This document shows, piece by piece, positions 41,213 to 54,860 of a stretch of 64,000 nt of DNA (the stretch's first letter is position 1; the number at the start of each line of letters is the position of its first letter). The notes beneath the pieces were generated by a model. The model was not told the origin of the DNA. It made no database searches and saw nothing but the letters and a program-made list of their open reading frames with translations. The stretch comes from Macrostomum lignano. Taxonomy: Eukaryota. The DNA is taken from assembly GCA_002269645.1 (NCBI GenBank), contig NIVC01000692.1:180187-244186 (forward strand). Direction: 5' to 3'. The translations under genes were made by a program, and so were the position numbers.

Positions 41213-42529
41213 CCCTCAGAGTCCTTGAGTCTGCCTCTGCGCTCCCTCAGTGTCCTTGAGTCTGCCTCTCCGCTCCCTCAGTGTCCTTGAGTCTGCCTCT
41301 CCGCTCCCTCAGTGTCCTTGAGACTGCCTCTGCGCTCCCTCAGTGTCCTTGAGTCTGCCTCTGCGCTCCCTCAGTGTCATTGAGTCTGCCTCTGCGCTCC
41401 CTCAATGTCCTTGAGTCTGCCTCTCCGCTCCCGCAGTGTCCTTGAGTCCACCTCTGCGCTCTTTCAGTGTCCTTGAGTCCACCTCTGCGCTCCCTCAGTG
41501 TCCTTGAGTCTGCCTCTGCGCTCCCTCAGTGTCCTTGAGTATGCCTCTGCGCTCCCTCAGTGTCCTTGAGTCTGCCTCTCCGCTCCCGCAGTGTCCTTGA
41601 GTCCACCTCTGCGCTCCCTCAGTGTCCTTGAGTCTGCCTCTCCGCTCCCGCAGTGTCCTTGAGTCTGCCTCTCCGCTCCCGCAGTGTCCTTGAGTCTGCC
41701 TCTCCGCTCCCTCAGTGTCCTTGAGTCTGCCTCTCCGCTCCCGCAGTGTCCTTGAGTCTGCCTCTCCGCTCCCTCAGTGTCCTTGAGTCTGCCTCTGCGC
41801 TCCCTCGTGTCCTTGAGTCTGCCTCTCCGCTCCCTCGTGTCCTTGAGTCTGCCTCTCCGCTCCCTCAGTGTCCTTGAGTCTGCCTCTGCGCTCCCTCAGT
41901 GTCCTTGAGTCTGCCTCTGCGCTCCCTCAGTGTCCTTGAGTCTGCCTCTCCGCTCCCTCAGTGTCCTTGAGTCTGCCTCTCCGCTCCCGCAGTGTCCTTG
42001 AGTCTGCCTCTCCGCTCCCTCAGTGTCCTTGAGTCTGCCTCTCCGCTCCCGCAGTGTCCTTGAGTCTGCCTCTCCGCTCCCTCAGTGTCCTTGAGTCTGC
42101 CTCTGCGCTCCCTCGTGTCCTTGAGTCTGCCTCTCCGCTCCCTCGTGTCCTTGAGTCTGCCTCTCCGCTCCCCCAGAGTCCTTGAGTCTGCCTCTGCGCT
42201 CCCTCAGTGTCCTTGAGTCTGCCTCTGCGCTCCCTCAGTGTCCTTGAGTCTGCCTCTGCGCTCCCTCAGTGTCCTTGAGTCTGCCTCTGCGCTCCCTCAG
42301 TGTCCTTGAGTCTGCCTCTCCGCTCCCTCAGTGTCCTTGAGTCTGCCTCTCCGCTCCCCCAGAGTCCTTGAGTCTGCCTCTGCGCTCCCTCAGTGTCCTT
42401 GAGTCTGCCTCTCCGCTCCCCCAGAGTCCTTGAGTCTGCCTCTGCGCTCCCTCAGTGTCCTTGAGTCTGCATCTCCGCTCCCTCAGTGTCCTTGAGTCTG
42501 CCTCTCCGCTCCCTCAGTGTCCTTGAGTC
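41213..42529. repeat. 31-bp minisatellite
   Basis: Unit CCTCAGTGTCCTTGAGTCTGCCTCT(G/C)CGCTC, about 42 copies. Confidence 0.95.
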
Positions 42530-43255
42530 ATACTCCATTTATCCAGCAGCTTCTTTCGAAATGACATGCCACACAGTTGTACGCAGCGAATTCTTGGCAG
42601 CGATCACCCCCACCCCCCCCCCAATGCCGCAATGCTTTCAATTCTACAGAATTCTGCTGGGCGAAAGCATAAAAGTGCAAAAAGGCGTGTAGAACAGGCA
42701 AACGCGACAGCGAGTGTTGGAGTCGCGAGCTCAAAGTGAATGGGAAATTTCGATTTTAGACTTTTCTTTTTCTAACCCCTCTGAATCCTGCAGCCGTCCA
42801 GCTACCCGAAATCCCTAATCCCGAAACTACAGCCACGAATTCTCCTCACCTCTGCGTGGTGAGCAAAGAGAGACTCAGGCCTGGCCGATGATGAATGGCC
42901 AGGCCTGATGAGAGGGAGACGCGCTTATCATTACGGCGCGAGCAGTGAGGGCAGCGACACTGCTCAGCATTGCCTCCCGCGAGTAATACGAGATGGAGAG
43001 TATTATAGCAGTGTGGAGAATTCCGGATATGAATTTGTATGACGCCGCACTCTACCGGTATATGCTCTAACTCTAACCGGTATAAGGCAGAGCTCTTTTC
43101 GACCTTGAGCCTCATCTTGTGCTTGCGCAGTTGTAGTCTCCAACTGGGGGCGCTCGTTAATGCGGCCTGCTCTCGAGTACTTGGCAATACCGATAATGGA
43201 GCTAAACAGGAAAGTCTTCTTCGAACAAGCTTCTAATTCAATGAAACAGCCCCGA

Positions 43256-46018
43256 TTCAATCAAACTAAACCCTCAAATTGAATCAAACTAAACCCTCAA
43301 ACCCAATCAAACTAAACCCTCAAACTCAATCAAACTAAACCCTCAAACTCAATCAAACTAAACCCTCAAATTCAATCAAACTAAACCCTCAAATTCAATC
43401 AAACTAAACCCTCAAACCCAATCAAACTAAACCCTCAAATTCAATCAAACTAAACCCTCAAATTTAATCAAACTAAACCCTCAAACTCAATCAAACTAAA
43501 CCCTCAAACTCAATCAAACTAAACCCTCAAATTCAATCAAACTAAACCCTCAAACTCAATCAAACTAAACCCTCAAACTCAATCAAACTAAACCCTCAAA
43601 CTCAATCAAACTAAACCCTCAAACTCAACCAAACTAAACCCTTAAACTCAATCAAACTAAACTCTTAAACTCAATCAAACTAAACCCTCAAATTCAATCA
43701 AACTAAACCCTCAAATTCAATCAAACTAAACCCTCAAACTCAATCAAACTAAACCCTCAAACTCAACCAAACTAAACCCTTAAACTCAATCAAACTAAAC
43801 CCTCAAACTCAATCAAACTAAACCCTCAAACTCAATCAAACTAAACCCTCAAATTCAGTCAAACTAAACCCTCAAACTCAATCAAACTAAACCCTCAAAC
43901 TCAATCAAACTAAACCCTTAAACTCAATCAAACTAAACCCTCAAATTCAGTCAAACTAAACCCTCAAACTCAGTCAAACTAAACCCTCAAACTCAATCAA
44001 ACTAAACCCTTAAACTCAATCAAACTAAACCCTTAAACTCAATCAAACTAAACCCTCAAATTCAATCAAACTAAACCCTCAAACTCAGTCAAACTAAACC
44101 CTCAAACTCAATCAAACTAAACCCTTAAACTCAGTCAAACTAAACCCTCAAACTCAATCAAACTAAACCCTCAAATTCAATCAAACTAAACCCTCAAACT
44201 CAATCAAACTAAACCCTCAAACTCAATCAAACTAAACCCTCAAACTCAATCAAACTAAACCCTCAAACTCAACCAAACTAAACCCTTAAACTCAATCAAA
44301 CTAAACTCTTAAACTCAATCAAACTAAACCCTCAAATTCAATCAAACTAAACCCTCAAATTCAATCAAACTAAACCCTCAAACTCAATCAAACTAAACCC
44401 TCAAACTCAATCAAACTAAACCCTTAAACTCAATCAAACTAAACCCTTAAACTCAATCAAACTAAACCCTCAAACTCAATCAAACTAAACCCTCAAATTC
44501 AATCAAACTAAACCCTCAAACTCAATCAAACTAAACCCTCAAACTCAATCAAACTAAACCCTCAAACTCAATCAAACTAAACCCTCAAACTCAACCAAAC
44601 TAAACCCTTAAACTCAATCAAACTAAACCCTCAAACTCAATCAAACTAAACCCTCAAACTCAATCAAACTAAACCCTCAAACTCAATCAAACTAAACCCT
44701 CAAACTCAACCAAACTAAACCCTTAAACTCAATCAAACTAAACTCTTAAACTCAATCAAACTAAACCCTCAAATTTAATCAAACTAAACCCTCAAATTCA
44801 ATCAAACTAAACCCTCAAACTCAATCAAACTAAACCCTCAAACTCAATCAAACTAAACCCTCAAATTCAATCAAACTAAACCCTCAAACTCAATCAAACT
44901 AAACCCTCAAACTCAATCAAACTAAACCCTCAAACTCAATCAAACTAAACCCTCAAATTCAGTCAAACTAAACCCTCAAACTCAATCAAACTAAACCCTC
45001 AAACTCAATCAAACTAAACCCTTAAACTCAATCAAACTAAACCCTCAAATTCAGTCAAACTAAACCCTCAAACTCAGTCAAACTAAACCCTCAAACTCAA
45101 TCAAACTAAACCCTTAAACTCAATCAAACTAAACCCTTAAACTCAATCAAACTAAACCCTCAAATTCAGTCAAACTAAACCCTCAAACTCAGTCAAACTA
45201 AACCCTCAAACTCAATCAAACTAAACCCTCAAACTCAGTCAAACTAAACCCTCAAACTCAATCAAACTAAACCCTCAAACTCAGTCAAACTAAACCCTCA
45301 AACTCAATCAAACTAAACCCTCAAATTCAGTCAAACTAAACCCTCAAACTCAGTCAAACTAAACCCTCAAACTCAATCAAACTAAACCCTTAAACTCAAT
45401 CAAACTAAACCCTTAAACTCAATCAAACTAAACCCTCAAATTCAGTCAAACTAAACCCTCAAACTCAATCAAACTAAACCCTCAAATTCAGTCAAACTAA
45501 ACCCTCAAACTCAATCAAACTAAACCCTCAAACTCAATCAAACTAAACCCTTAAACTCAATCAAACTAAACCCTCAAATTCAGTCAAACTAAACCCTCAA
45601 ACTCAGTCAAACTAAACCCTCAAACTCAATCAAACTAAACCCTTAAACTCAATCAAACTAAACCCTTAAACTCAATCAAACTAAACCCTCAAATTCAGTC
45701 AAACTAAACCCTCAAACTCAGTCAAACTAAACCCTCAAACTCAATCAAACTAAACCCTCAAACTCAGTCAAACTAAACCCTCAAACTCAATCAAACTAAA
45801 CCCTCAAACCCAATCAAACTAAACCCTTAAACTCAATCAAACTAAACCCTCAAATTCAGTCAAACTAAACCCTCAAACTCAGTCAAACTAAACCCTCAAA
45901 CTCAATCAAACTAAACCCTTAAACTCAATCAAACTAAACCCTTAAACTCAATCAAACTAAACCCTCAAATTCAGTCAAACTAAACCCTCAAACTCAATCA
46001 AACTAAACCCTCAAATTC
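43256..46018. repeat. 23-bp satellite containing a telomere-like CTAAACCCT motif
   Basis: Unit TCAAACTAAACCCTCAAACTCAA, about 120 copies; the + strand is almost free of G. Confidence 0.97.
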
Positions 46019-48857
46019 ATTCACAATAATTCATCCCTCGCATTCCTCAGCAGCCTCAAACTGCTCTAGGTAGTCTCGAGTTGCCACAGTTTCAGTTTAG
46101 ACTTATTTTGCTCGCCAAGCTGCAGGCACGTGAATCAGCCCGGGGTGGCTAAAGGGAATGCAAGTTGGAGAATGACTGGCACCTGATCATTAACCCGAAT
46201 TGGCTCTCAACCTGAATTCCGCAGGGAGCTCAGCTGTTGTAAAACAGCAGCATTGCACTGCATACATATCAGCTCCATAATTGCTATCTCAAAATGCATT
46301 TTTATCATCGGATTTCACAAGCGGAGGAACCCGGGCAGAGGCAGTTGGATATCGCTGCCGCAGCTGCAGCTGATCCTTCCAGCTTCACTCCTGTCTTCAT
46401 CCGCGCAAACCTGAGATGGCCCTTGCCATCCTCTGCATCATCGCTCTCTCCCAGCCTGTCTCTCTCGCTCGCCTGTCCATAATGGACGACTTCGTTTCTG
46501 TCGAATGTTATCGGGGAGGGGGGGCAACCAGGGAGGGCTGCGCGGGGACAGACCGGGAGAGGGGCGGGAGACACGCATGGGGGTGTGGGTTTAGTTGGGA
46601 AGACAGCCGTAGGGAAAACTGAATTGGGGGATGAGGAGGATGCAGGGAATGAGAGCTGAGCTGCTCAGAGGCATGGAGCCACAAGAGTAGAGAGAGAATA
46701 ATCAATAAAACACTAGGAGGAGAGGCCCCGGCAGCAGCAAAAGCTTCTCCACCACCATTGCTCGGCTGAGGCCCTGAGCAGGGGATGCTGCTGGGAAAGA
46801 AAATGGGGTCGGGCTGGGATCCCCTACACTCCCCCCGCCACCAAGGAAAAGCGCATTCGTTTGTTTCCACAACTGGAGCCCGCAGGGACCTTCTCCCCTC
46901 TTTCGCCGTTGCAGTTTCGCAGTGCCAAGCGACATTGTGAACAACAACAGCAGAAGAGATGATTGTACCCTGGAGATCCCGAGGGAGTTCGGAGGCGGGT
47001 CACTTGCTCATAAACCTAGGGCGCAGCGATAATGCACTCCCGGCCCGTCGGCTGGGGATTCGGAGAGTGTAGCTTCGAATATTAAAAGCAGAAATAGCTG
47101 CCCCCATGGTTTCGCTAGTGGCAGCAAGACAGATTTGAAAATCAGCTGAGCTGTCGTGAGACCCAGTGCAAACAGTGCCTGGCAGCCAGTGTATAATATG
47201 CAGCATGCTAGGAAAAAACTACAAGCCCCAAAACCAAATAAACCCTGAGAAGATTTTCCGCACCCATTCACTCCGCTCTACCCCTGACTCGCAATCGACT
47301 GTCTCTCTATCGTTCTCTCTCCTTTCCTTCCTCGCCATGCCTATCCCCACCCAGGTGAAAGGGCATTGGGGTGGTGGTATAGTTTGGCTGAGCAGGCGGC
47401 GGGCTCTGGATATGGGGAAAGTTGGTCCAAGCCATGCGATGATCCCCTACACACCATAGCCACCGCTGCGCCCACAACCGGCACGAGCAGCGTTGGACAG
47501 AAAAACAGCTTAGAAAATCCGACCCCAAAACATTGTTAATAGCATGCTGAGTTCCCCTCTCCGCCTCATCTTGCCCCTCCTTGTAGCCTGACAAATCAAT
47601 TATTTAGGCCTCCCTACTTGCCCACCGCTGCCATTCATGACAGCTCAAAACCGGACTTTGCTCTCGCGGCTGCCTTCAATGCGATCTTTTAATGCGAGCG
47701 TTATCTGCTGGTTTTATTGAATAACGACAACCCTGAAAATGCCCCGTGTAGTCTGAGGCTTGCAACTGTCGCAAGTCTGAGTCATGCCGCTCATCAGGCA
47801 ACGAGTGTACACACGCTGTGACTTAGGAATGGTCCTCATTTGATCTGCACGATAAGCGCCAGATTAATAATGTTCACGCGCAGATAATTTAACCCGGTTT
47901 CTCTGGCGCAACACTGCCGGTCGTGTTATCCGTTACGCTACTAAAAATTAATAGTTTAACAAAGATGATGAGAAGCTACTGTTGAGTATCAGCGACAACT
48001 TTAAGAAATATTAGCCACTACCAAAAAGCAAATGATACAATGCGTCATTTGAGGTAATGCTTGCTTTGCGGACATTTATTAAAACCTACCCATGACAGAA
48101 ATGCAAGCGCTATTCACACTGCTTCAGAGAAATCAAAGAAACAAGCGCAACCCAAATATTAAAATAGTTATCGCTATTCCAGAATTGATTAAAATATTTA
48201 CAAATACAGCGGCTAAGGGCGTGAGTCAGTGTATTTGTTAGTTCAATATTTGCACTAGAACCAGTGGCTATGAGACTCTTGCGCTGCCCGGACAGACGGT
48301 GGCTCAGAGCTGCATGTAGTTCGATTGCAGAGCAGAGCGGCAGATATGGCTTGGGACTGGGAGGTAGTAGAGGAACAAGAATAAGGAGGAATAGAGGGGA
48401 GAGGATGGAGCAGGATGGAGCTAGAAAAGAAGAGTTAAAGAGGGAAGCGGAGGGGAGCAGAGACTATAGAAGGGACTTAAAGACTGAGCTCAGGTGTCTC
48501 GGAGAGAGAATAGCTATCGGAAACACTACCGAGTATCTCATAGAATAATTTTGGGCCTGCCGCTCTTGACCGCTAAGCATGCAATAGCAACGAACTTGCT
48601 CAAGCCAAAATTCCAACATCCAGTTCCTGTTGAACTTGATTAACGAGCAGTCTTCCAGGGACACGATCTACTCCGGAACCCTTGTGCACGATAAAATACC
48701 ATAAGCTGTATTGGCACTGACAATAACAAAAAATATTACACGAATAAAAAATTAAACGGGACTCGCACTCGAATTTGCTGTTTTGTACGTTAATTAATGA
48801 CAGGGAAATGCAGCAGCCTGCACCTGAAGGGTGTCACTCTAATTGGTTGCTATAGAC

Positions 48858-49201
48858 CTGGGGTCGGCAAACTACGGCCCGCAAAGCCTCTCTATCCGGC
48901 CCTCGGGTCAGTTGAAACTTTACAATAGCTCGAGGTTTGTGTCTCTTCTCAGCTCTCTTCTCTCGTCTCCCCTATCTCCTCTCTTTTCATCTCTCCTACG
49001 AGCACCTCCTCTCATCTCATATTATCTCATCTCTCCTCTCGTTTCCTCTCTCGCGTCTCCCCTCTCCTCTCTTCTGTCATCTCTTCTCTCCCTTTCCTTT
49101 TCTCCCTTCTCTATTCCCTCTGCTTTACTCTCTCACCTGACCGCAACCATAAGCTGGGTTCTCTATCTGGCCCTTGAGGAAAGAAAGTTTGCCGACGCCT
49201 A
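48858..49201. mobile_element. hAT (Charlie-like) MITE relic
   Basis: Ends CTGGGGTCGGCAAACTACGGCCCGC and AGTTTGCCGACGCCTA fit the CAGGGGTCGGCAAACT hAT-Charlie terminus. Flanks CTATAGAC / CTATGGAA match at 6 of 8 (degenerate TSD). CT-rich interior. Confidence 0.7.
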
Positions 49202-49662
49202 CTATGGAATTTAACAATACACTACACGGACACAAGAACATTTCTATACTAATGTCATCGAACTATAAACTATCTTCCATATCTGTAGTGCATTTATGTT
49301 GGGCTTAACATGCAATCATCCAACACGCATACTCGCATAGCGCATTCACAGCGGTCTGTGGTACATCTTAGGAGAGCCTAATGCAATGACAGTTACCCAG
49401 TAAAACAAATTTCAGCAATGCTTTATGAGATACGGCTACGGCACGCGTACACGGAAACACAAGCATACAGAGAAGGAGAGATCAGTGATGAATTGGTTTA
49501 AAAATGTGGATCTGATGCTGCCGTCATGTGCAGAAATCCAGAACGACAGGAGAGAGGGAGAGAAAACAGCCGTAATAAAAACTAAGAGAAAAATCATCTC
49601 TGTCAGTGGAAAATTCAGCAATGGGCGCTATGTGATAATACAAAGAGGATAGGGAGAGCTCC

Positions 49663-49828
49663 TTAGGTGCCAACAGGCTGCTGGCTGCTGCTGTGCACCA
49701 GTGCCTGGGCCTCAAACCTGTCTGAGCTGGCTAGAGTCCGGACTGCCGTGGCTCCAGCTGAGTTCAATAACAGCGGGCAGGCCTCCTCCTCGGCGACTGG
49801 GGAAAGAGAGGCTGCTTGCTGTTGCTGC

Positions 49829-49866
<38 letters not shown>

Positions 49867-50781
49867 TTGGCTAGCACTGGATGAGCAGTTTAGCTCCTGG
49901 GGTTGCTGCAGTGACTGCCGCTGCAGGTCGGGTTCGTCAACGAGGAGGGTAAGCGGGCCAGCCCGTTGCAGTGGCTGCTGCCGTCTGGAGCCGCCAATCT
50001 GTCGGTAGGGCGTGTTGCTGGCGCTCCTACTGCTGCCGGTGCCGCCGTTGCCGGACTCGGCGAGATGCAGCTGGGCGAGGAGGCTGGGCCGCAGCTGCAG
50101 CTCCACGTTGGACTGGCAAAGGCGCTGGTGGGAATCTTGGAAATCTGCGGCGGCTCGGTGGCTGGCGATCCAGTCCTGCGTCTTCTGCTTGCCAGAGTGC
50201 CAGACCTCTTTCAGCCGCTTCTGGTACCACTTTGCGTCGCTCTGTCGCTTCTTCATGTCGGATTTCAGCGTCTGCTGGGCGTTGGCGAGCCGCTTCTGTT
50301 GCTTCTTTCGGACGCTCTTCCGCTTTCCGGGGGCTTTATTCTGTTGTTGTTGCTGTTGCTGCTGCTTGTTATGCTTCCCATCGACTGGTCCCCGAGCAAC
50401 ACCAGCCGCCGCCGCCGCTGCCGTTGGCCACTCCTGACTATAGGAGAAAAACTTTGCGTCGAATTGTGATCGGCGGATGACCTCCTCCTCGTAGATGTCC
50501 GAGGTGCGCTTGCACTTGGACTTGTAGAACACGTATAGGAAGCAGATGACCAGGGAGGCGGCGAGAATCACTCCGGTTTGAATACCTTCGCCGGGATTGT
50601 ACTGGGCGTGCAGGTTTCTCAGGTCCTGCTGGTGCTTCAGGCGCAGCAGCAGCTCGGCCTGCGCCTCCGGGCTCAAGGTACTGGTCGGAGCGTTCGAGCG
50701 TTGGCTGGTTGTGGCGTCCGGCGTAGGAGGCGGAGTGAGCGGCGCCGTCAAAGTCGGCAAACGCGCCTTAGCGAGCGGCAT
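49663..50781 (-). CDS. Single-pass membrane protein with poly-Q, low-complexity cytoplasmic tail (372 aa)
   Basis: Long ATG-initiated ORF with exon-like codon usage. One hydrophobic segment (GVILAASLVICFLYVFY) followed by basic KSKCKR, plus a K/Q-rich coiled-coil segment and CAG/CAA tracts. A candidate acceptor at about 50885 lies upstream. Confidence 0.7.
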
Positions 50782-53314
50782 TGAGGGAGGCGGCAGGTCA
50801 GGCGGTCCCTACGAGCATGGCTGATGCGTAGGTGGGCTGGGTGGGTGGCTGCCGTCAGAGCCGTCAAGAGACGCAAACAGAAATCTGATTGATAAAATTT
50901 GCTTTTCCACCTGTTCAGCCTCTTTTGGCTGCCTCCTCCCGAGGGAGCGCCTCGCCTCTGTAATCTGCTGCAACTTCTTGGCTGGGGTTAGGGGTCAGGG
51001 TTTCGCCTTAGCCAGACTTGATACACTTGCGGGGGCAACCCCGTAGCCACCTGTTGCTTCTGGTTTGCCTGCTACTTCAACTGGCAAAGCGAGTTTTGCT
51101 ATCGCTTTGACGCTGGAAGCTGGCCAGTCGGCACCGACAGTTAAGCAGCCTGCCTGGCTCAAGGGAGCTCAGGGAGGAGAGACAAGGGGGGGGGCGGCTA
51201 AGAACTGAAACAACTGAGCGCTCACCTCAACTGCGGGGTCTAACGGCAGGCCCTCCTTTCAGAGGAGGAAGTGCATGCAAAGAGTGATAGGGAAGAGTAA
51301 GGGGGTGGTTGGAGGCGGGCGAGTGAGTGAGCGAGGGTTGGAGCGGCACTAGGAGGGAGGGAAGTCAGACGCGGACGGACTCTTACTGAACTACCTGTCT
51401 ACCCTCCCCTGTTTTGCAAAGGGACGTGATGAGGAGAAGAGACTAAAGGGTGAATGGAGGGGGGAAGAGAATTCAGGTGAGCACCTGGTTGGCCTGCAGC
51501 AGGAAGACGGACGAAGTGCCTCGAAACGCCATTGGCTGTGCCGCCAGCATCCAGCTGCATGATTGCATGTCAGTGCGGCAGCCTCATCCCTTTTCCTCAC
51601 GCTCTGGCCGGTACAGCCGCTGCTGCTCTCGCCATGCTGGAGCTCCGTCCGTCTAAATGGGATTTCTACAGTTCCACAGCCTCCAAGCCAGCCCCCTGCT
51701 CTTCCTCCGTCCTGCAACCCCTCTGTTTCTGCAGCTGGAGGCATTGTGTCACACCAGAGCTTTAAGCAGCCGGCGATGAGCGATGCGAATAAAAAGCTGG
51801 CGGAATGGCAAAAAAGGATTGGGAGCTTAGAACGAGGCAGAGATGAAGAATGAGAAACAGAGAAGGCGACAGAAACAGAGACAGAGAGACAGACAGAGAG
51901 AGAGCAGGTTGAGGATGTCCTTGAATTCCCCCGGGGCGAGGCCGGTCTCATATATCCTAACTCTGCCACTCCAGCTCCTTTAGCAGAGCGCTTCCCCCCT
52001 CAGCCCCCATCATCCCCGTGGCGCCCCGCTTCCCTCTTTCTCTCGCGGTGGATGGAGAGCGCTTTTTGGGCCGAGTGCGAGGGATAGATCCTAGCTTTAG
52101 GCAGCCTCGAATTGCTGGTTGGTTACCGACGCCCCAGACCGAGGACTCATCATCCGTCCACGCCGCGACTCCCAGCGGGAGGTCTCTCCGTCATTTCGGA
52201 TTCTCTTAGACGGTTTCGCTCGGTAAAAAGCAGCTAGCTGGCAGTATTAGGGCGGCTCCACTGTCTGGCTCAAGCCCATCTCCGAGCATCTATCTTTTCC
52301 TCACCTCTGCAGCCAAACACAGCCCCGCAATGTCAAGCCCCTTCAGCCATCAATCGTCGCCCAGAACCCCCAATATATAAAAAACGGAGTGAAGGTCCTT
52401 ATAAGGGGGTGGAGGGGCTACACGAGGCGGATGCCGCAATGCAAAACACATGCAGACCGCTGTGCATCGGTGGGAAATGTTTATTATGGTAAAAAATCCA
52501 GAGAAACTCAGCCTTGGCAACCCCCCCCCTCGGCCCTTGTATTTGGCCTTATCCGTGAAGGCCCAATTTGGCCATACGGAGCGGCGTGCATTTATGCCCA
52601 CGTAGCTCAGCAAAACAATGAACAATATGATGTCTTGTATTGCTTTGCCTTGCGTGTCTGCAGAATGTCACGGAGGTGAGATAGACAGACAATTGAGATT
52701 GGAAGGGAGGCAAGCTGTGGATTACCCAAAATCAGTCTAGTGTTGTACAGTGTCTCAACCTATAAATTGAGTTTCAATGCAAACGAATCAAAGAATTCGA
52801 AGCGTGTACTTTTCAATCGGAGTAGACGATAATTAGAGAATTCTTTTACAACCGGAGACCAACAGTCGTGAAAGTTTGAGTGCACGCATGGCAGTTTCTT
52901 CCCACTTCCTCACTGCAGCTACTGCTTGTACATTAATCCCTGTATCTGCAGGGAAGAGATTCAGAGGAAGAAGGGAATTATCGCCCCAGTGCCCGCCTGT
53001 AGTGGCTCCTAATCTGTTTCACTTCTGCTTCCTCACTAATTCATGGATCGAGAGGGCCGAATTACGGAGGAGATTCCGGTGTACAACTCGTGCTCAAGAT
53101 CTGAGATAGATTTCTAAGCCAGGTTCTTAGCCTAGAGCCGGTTTGAGCTCCGCTTGAGGTCGACAACCGCTTCGCCAGATTTCTCACATAATCTGAGCGA
53201 GTTTAGTCTGTACTCTATTCGAGCCTTGAATTTGAAAGAAGTTTTAAGTCTGACTTATCCTCATGGTCAGTCTGACCCTCTGTGATAGCTGTTCTGACTC
53301 AAATCAGATGAATA

Positions 53315-54238
53315 AAATCTGACAATCCATCTGAACTTTGTTTCACGTCTCTGACTCAAATCTGACAATCCATCTGAACTTTGTTCCACCTCTCTGACTC
53401 AAATCTGACAATCCATGTGAACTTTGTTCCACGTCTCTGAATCAAATCCGAAAATCCATCTGAACTTTGTTCCACGTCTCTGAATCAAATTTGTCGATCC
53501 ATCTGAACTTTGTTCCGTCTCTGACTCAAATATGACAATCCATGTGAACTTTGTTCCACCTCTGACTCAAATCTGACAATCCATCTGAACTTTGTTCCAC
53601 CTCTGACTCAAATCTAACAATCCATCTGAACTTTGTTCCACCTCTGACTCAAATCTTACAATCCATGTGAACTTTGTTCCACGTCTCTGAATCAAATCCG
53701 AAAATCCATCTGAACTTTGTTCCACGTCTGAATCAAATTTGTCGATCCATCTAAACTTTGTTCCGTCTCTGACTCAAATCTGACAATCCATGTAAACTTT
53801 GTTCCACGTCTCTGAATAAAATCTGAAAATCCATCTGAACTTTGTTTCACGTCTCTGAATTAATTTGTCGATCCATCTGAACTTTGTTCCGACTCTGACT
53901 CAAATCTGACAATCCATGTGAACTTTGTTCCACGTCTCTGAATAAAATCCAAAAATCCATCTGAACTTTGTTCCACGTCTCTGAATAAAATCCAAAAATC
54001 CATCTGAACTTTGTTCCACGTCTCTGAATAAAATCCAAAAATCCATCTGAACTTTGTTCCACGTCTCTGAATTAATTTGTCGATCCATCTGAACTTTGTT
54101 CCGTCTCTGACTCAAATCTGACAATCCATGTGAACTTTGTTCCACGTCTCTGAATCAAATCCGAAAATCCATCTGAACTTTGTTCCACGTCTCTGAATCA
54201 AATTTGTCGATCCATCTGAACTTTGTTCCGTCTCTGAC
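53315..54238. repeat. ~43-bp minisatellite
   Basis: Unit AATCCATCTGAACTTTGTTCCACGTCTCTGAATCAAATCTGAC with length variants, about 22 copies. Confidence 0.9.
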
Positions 54239-54860
54239 TAAAGAAACATTCTGCAGTTTGGCGATGATTACAAAAGTAGACACACAGAGACAGACTATAC
54301 ACAAAAAATGCTTTGTTGCAATTCTGGCCGCCGAGATAAACAATTGGTAGATAAATGGCGGCACAGCATGCCTTCCAGCAAGGTAGACGGGACAAAAAAA
54401 CAATTCAGGCAGCTAGCTGACGCAGCTGTATTTTAAATTAGCGGACGCGGAGCTTATCACCATGGAAACCGATTAACTGCGTACTTTAGTAGCGCGCACA
54501 ATAAAGAAGGTGGGAGAGAAAAAAGCACACAAAAGGTGTTGCGTAAGAGAACAAAAAACATAAAAGCACAAATTTCTCCAAGGAAGAAAACTGTTGCAGA
54601 AATAAAACGATCGCGTCAAGCCAAATAATGCGCAGAGAAAATCGATGAAGATTAGCGAAAGTACGAGCGCCGATGCAAACAAATCCGGAATTAGCAAGCA
54701 ACTGTATTGAAAAATAATAAATTCAGAAAATTTTGGTTGTACTGGAAGATAAAGATAGTACAGGCCGAAAATGCGCTTAGAGCCATTCACCTATGGACGC
54801 TTTATGGAGCGATTTTATTTCACGGATGCTACGGTATGACTGCTAAAGATTTCTAACATA

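Noticed and set aside
42876-42912. C/D-box snoRNA (ATGATGA and CTGA near a hairpin)
   Set aside because: The boxes are only about 10 nt apart and the C box lies in the loop; geometry is incompatible.
43256-46018. True telomere or chromosome end
   Set aside because: Unit is 23 bp rather than a pure 6-7-mer, and unique sequence continues on both sides.
49667-50480. Poly-Cys/poly-Ala ORFs on the + strand
   Set aside because: Antisense frames of the CAG/CAA poly-Q tracts of the minus-strand gene.
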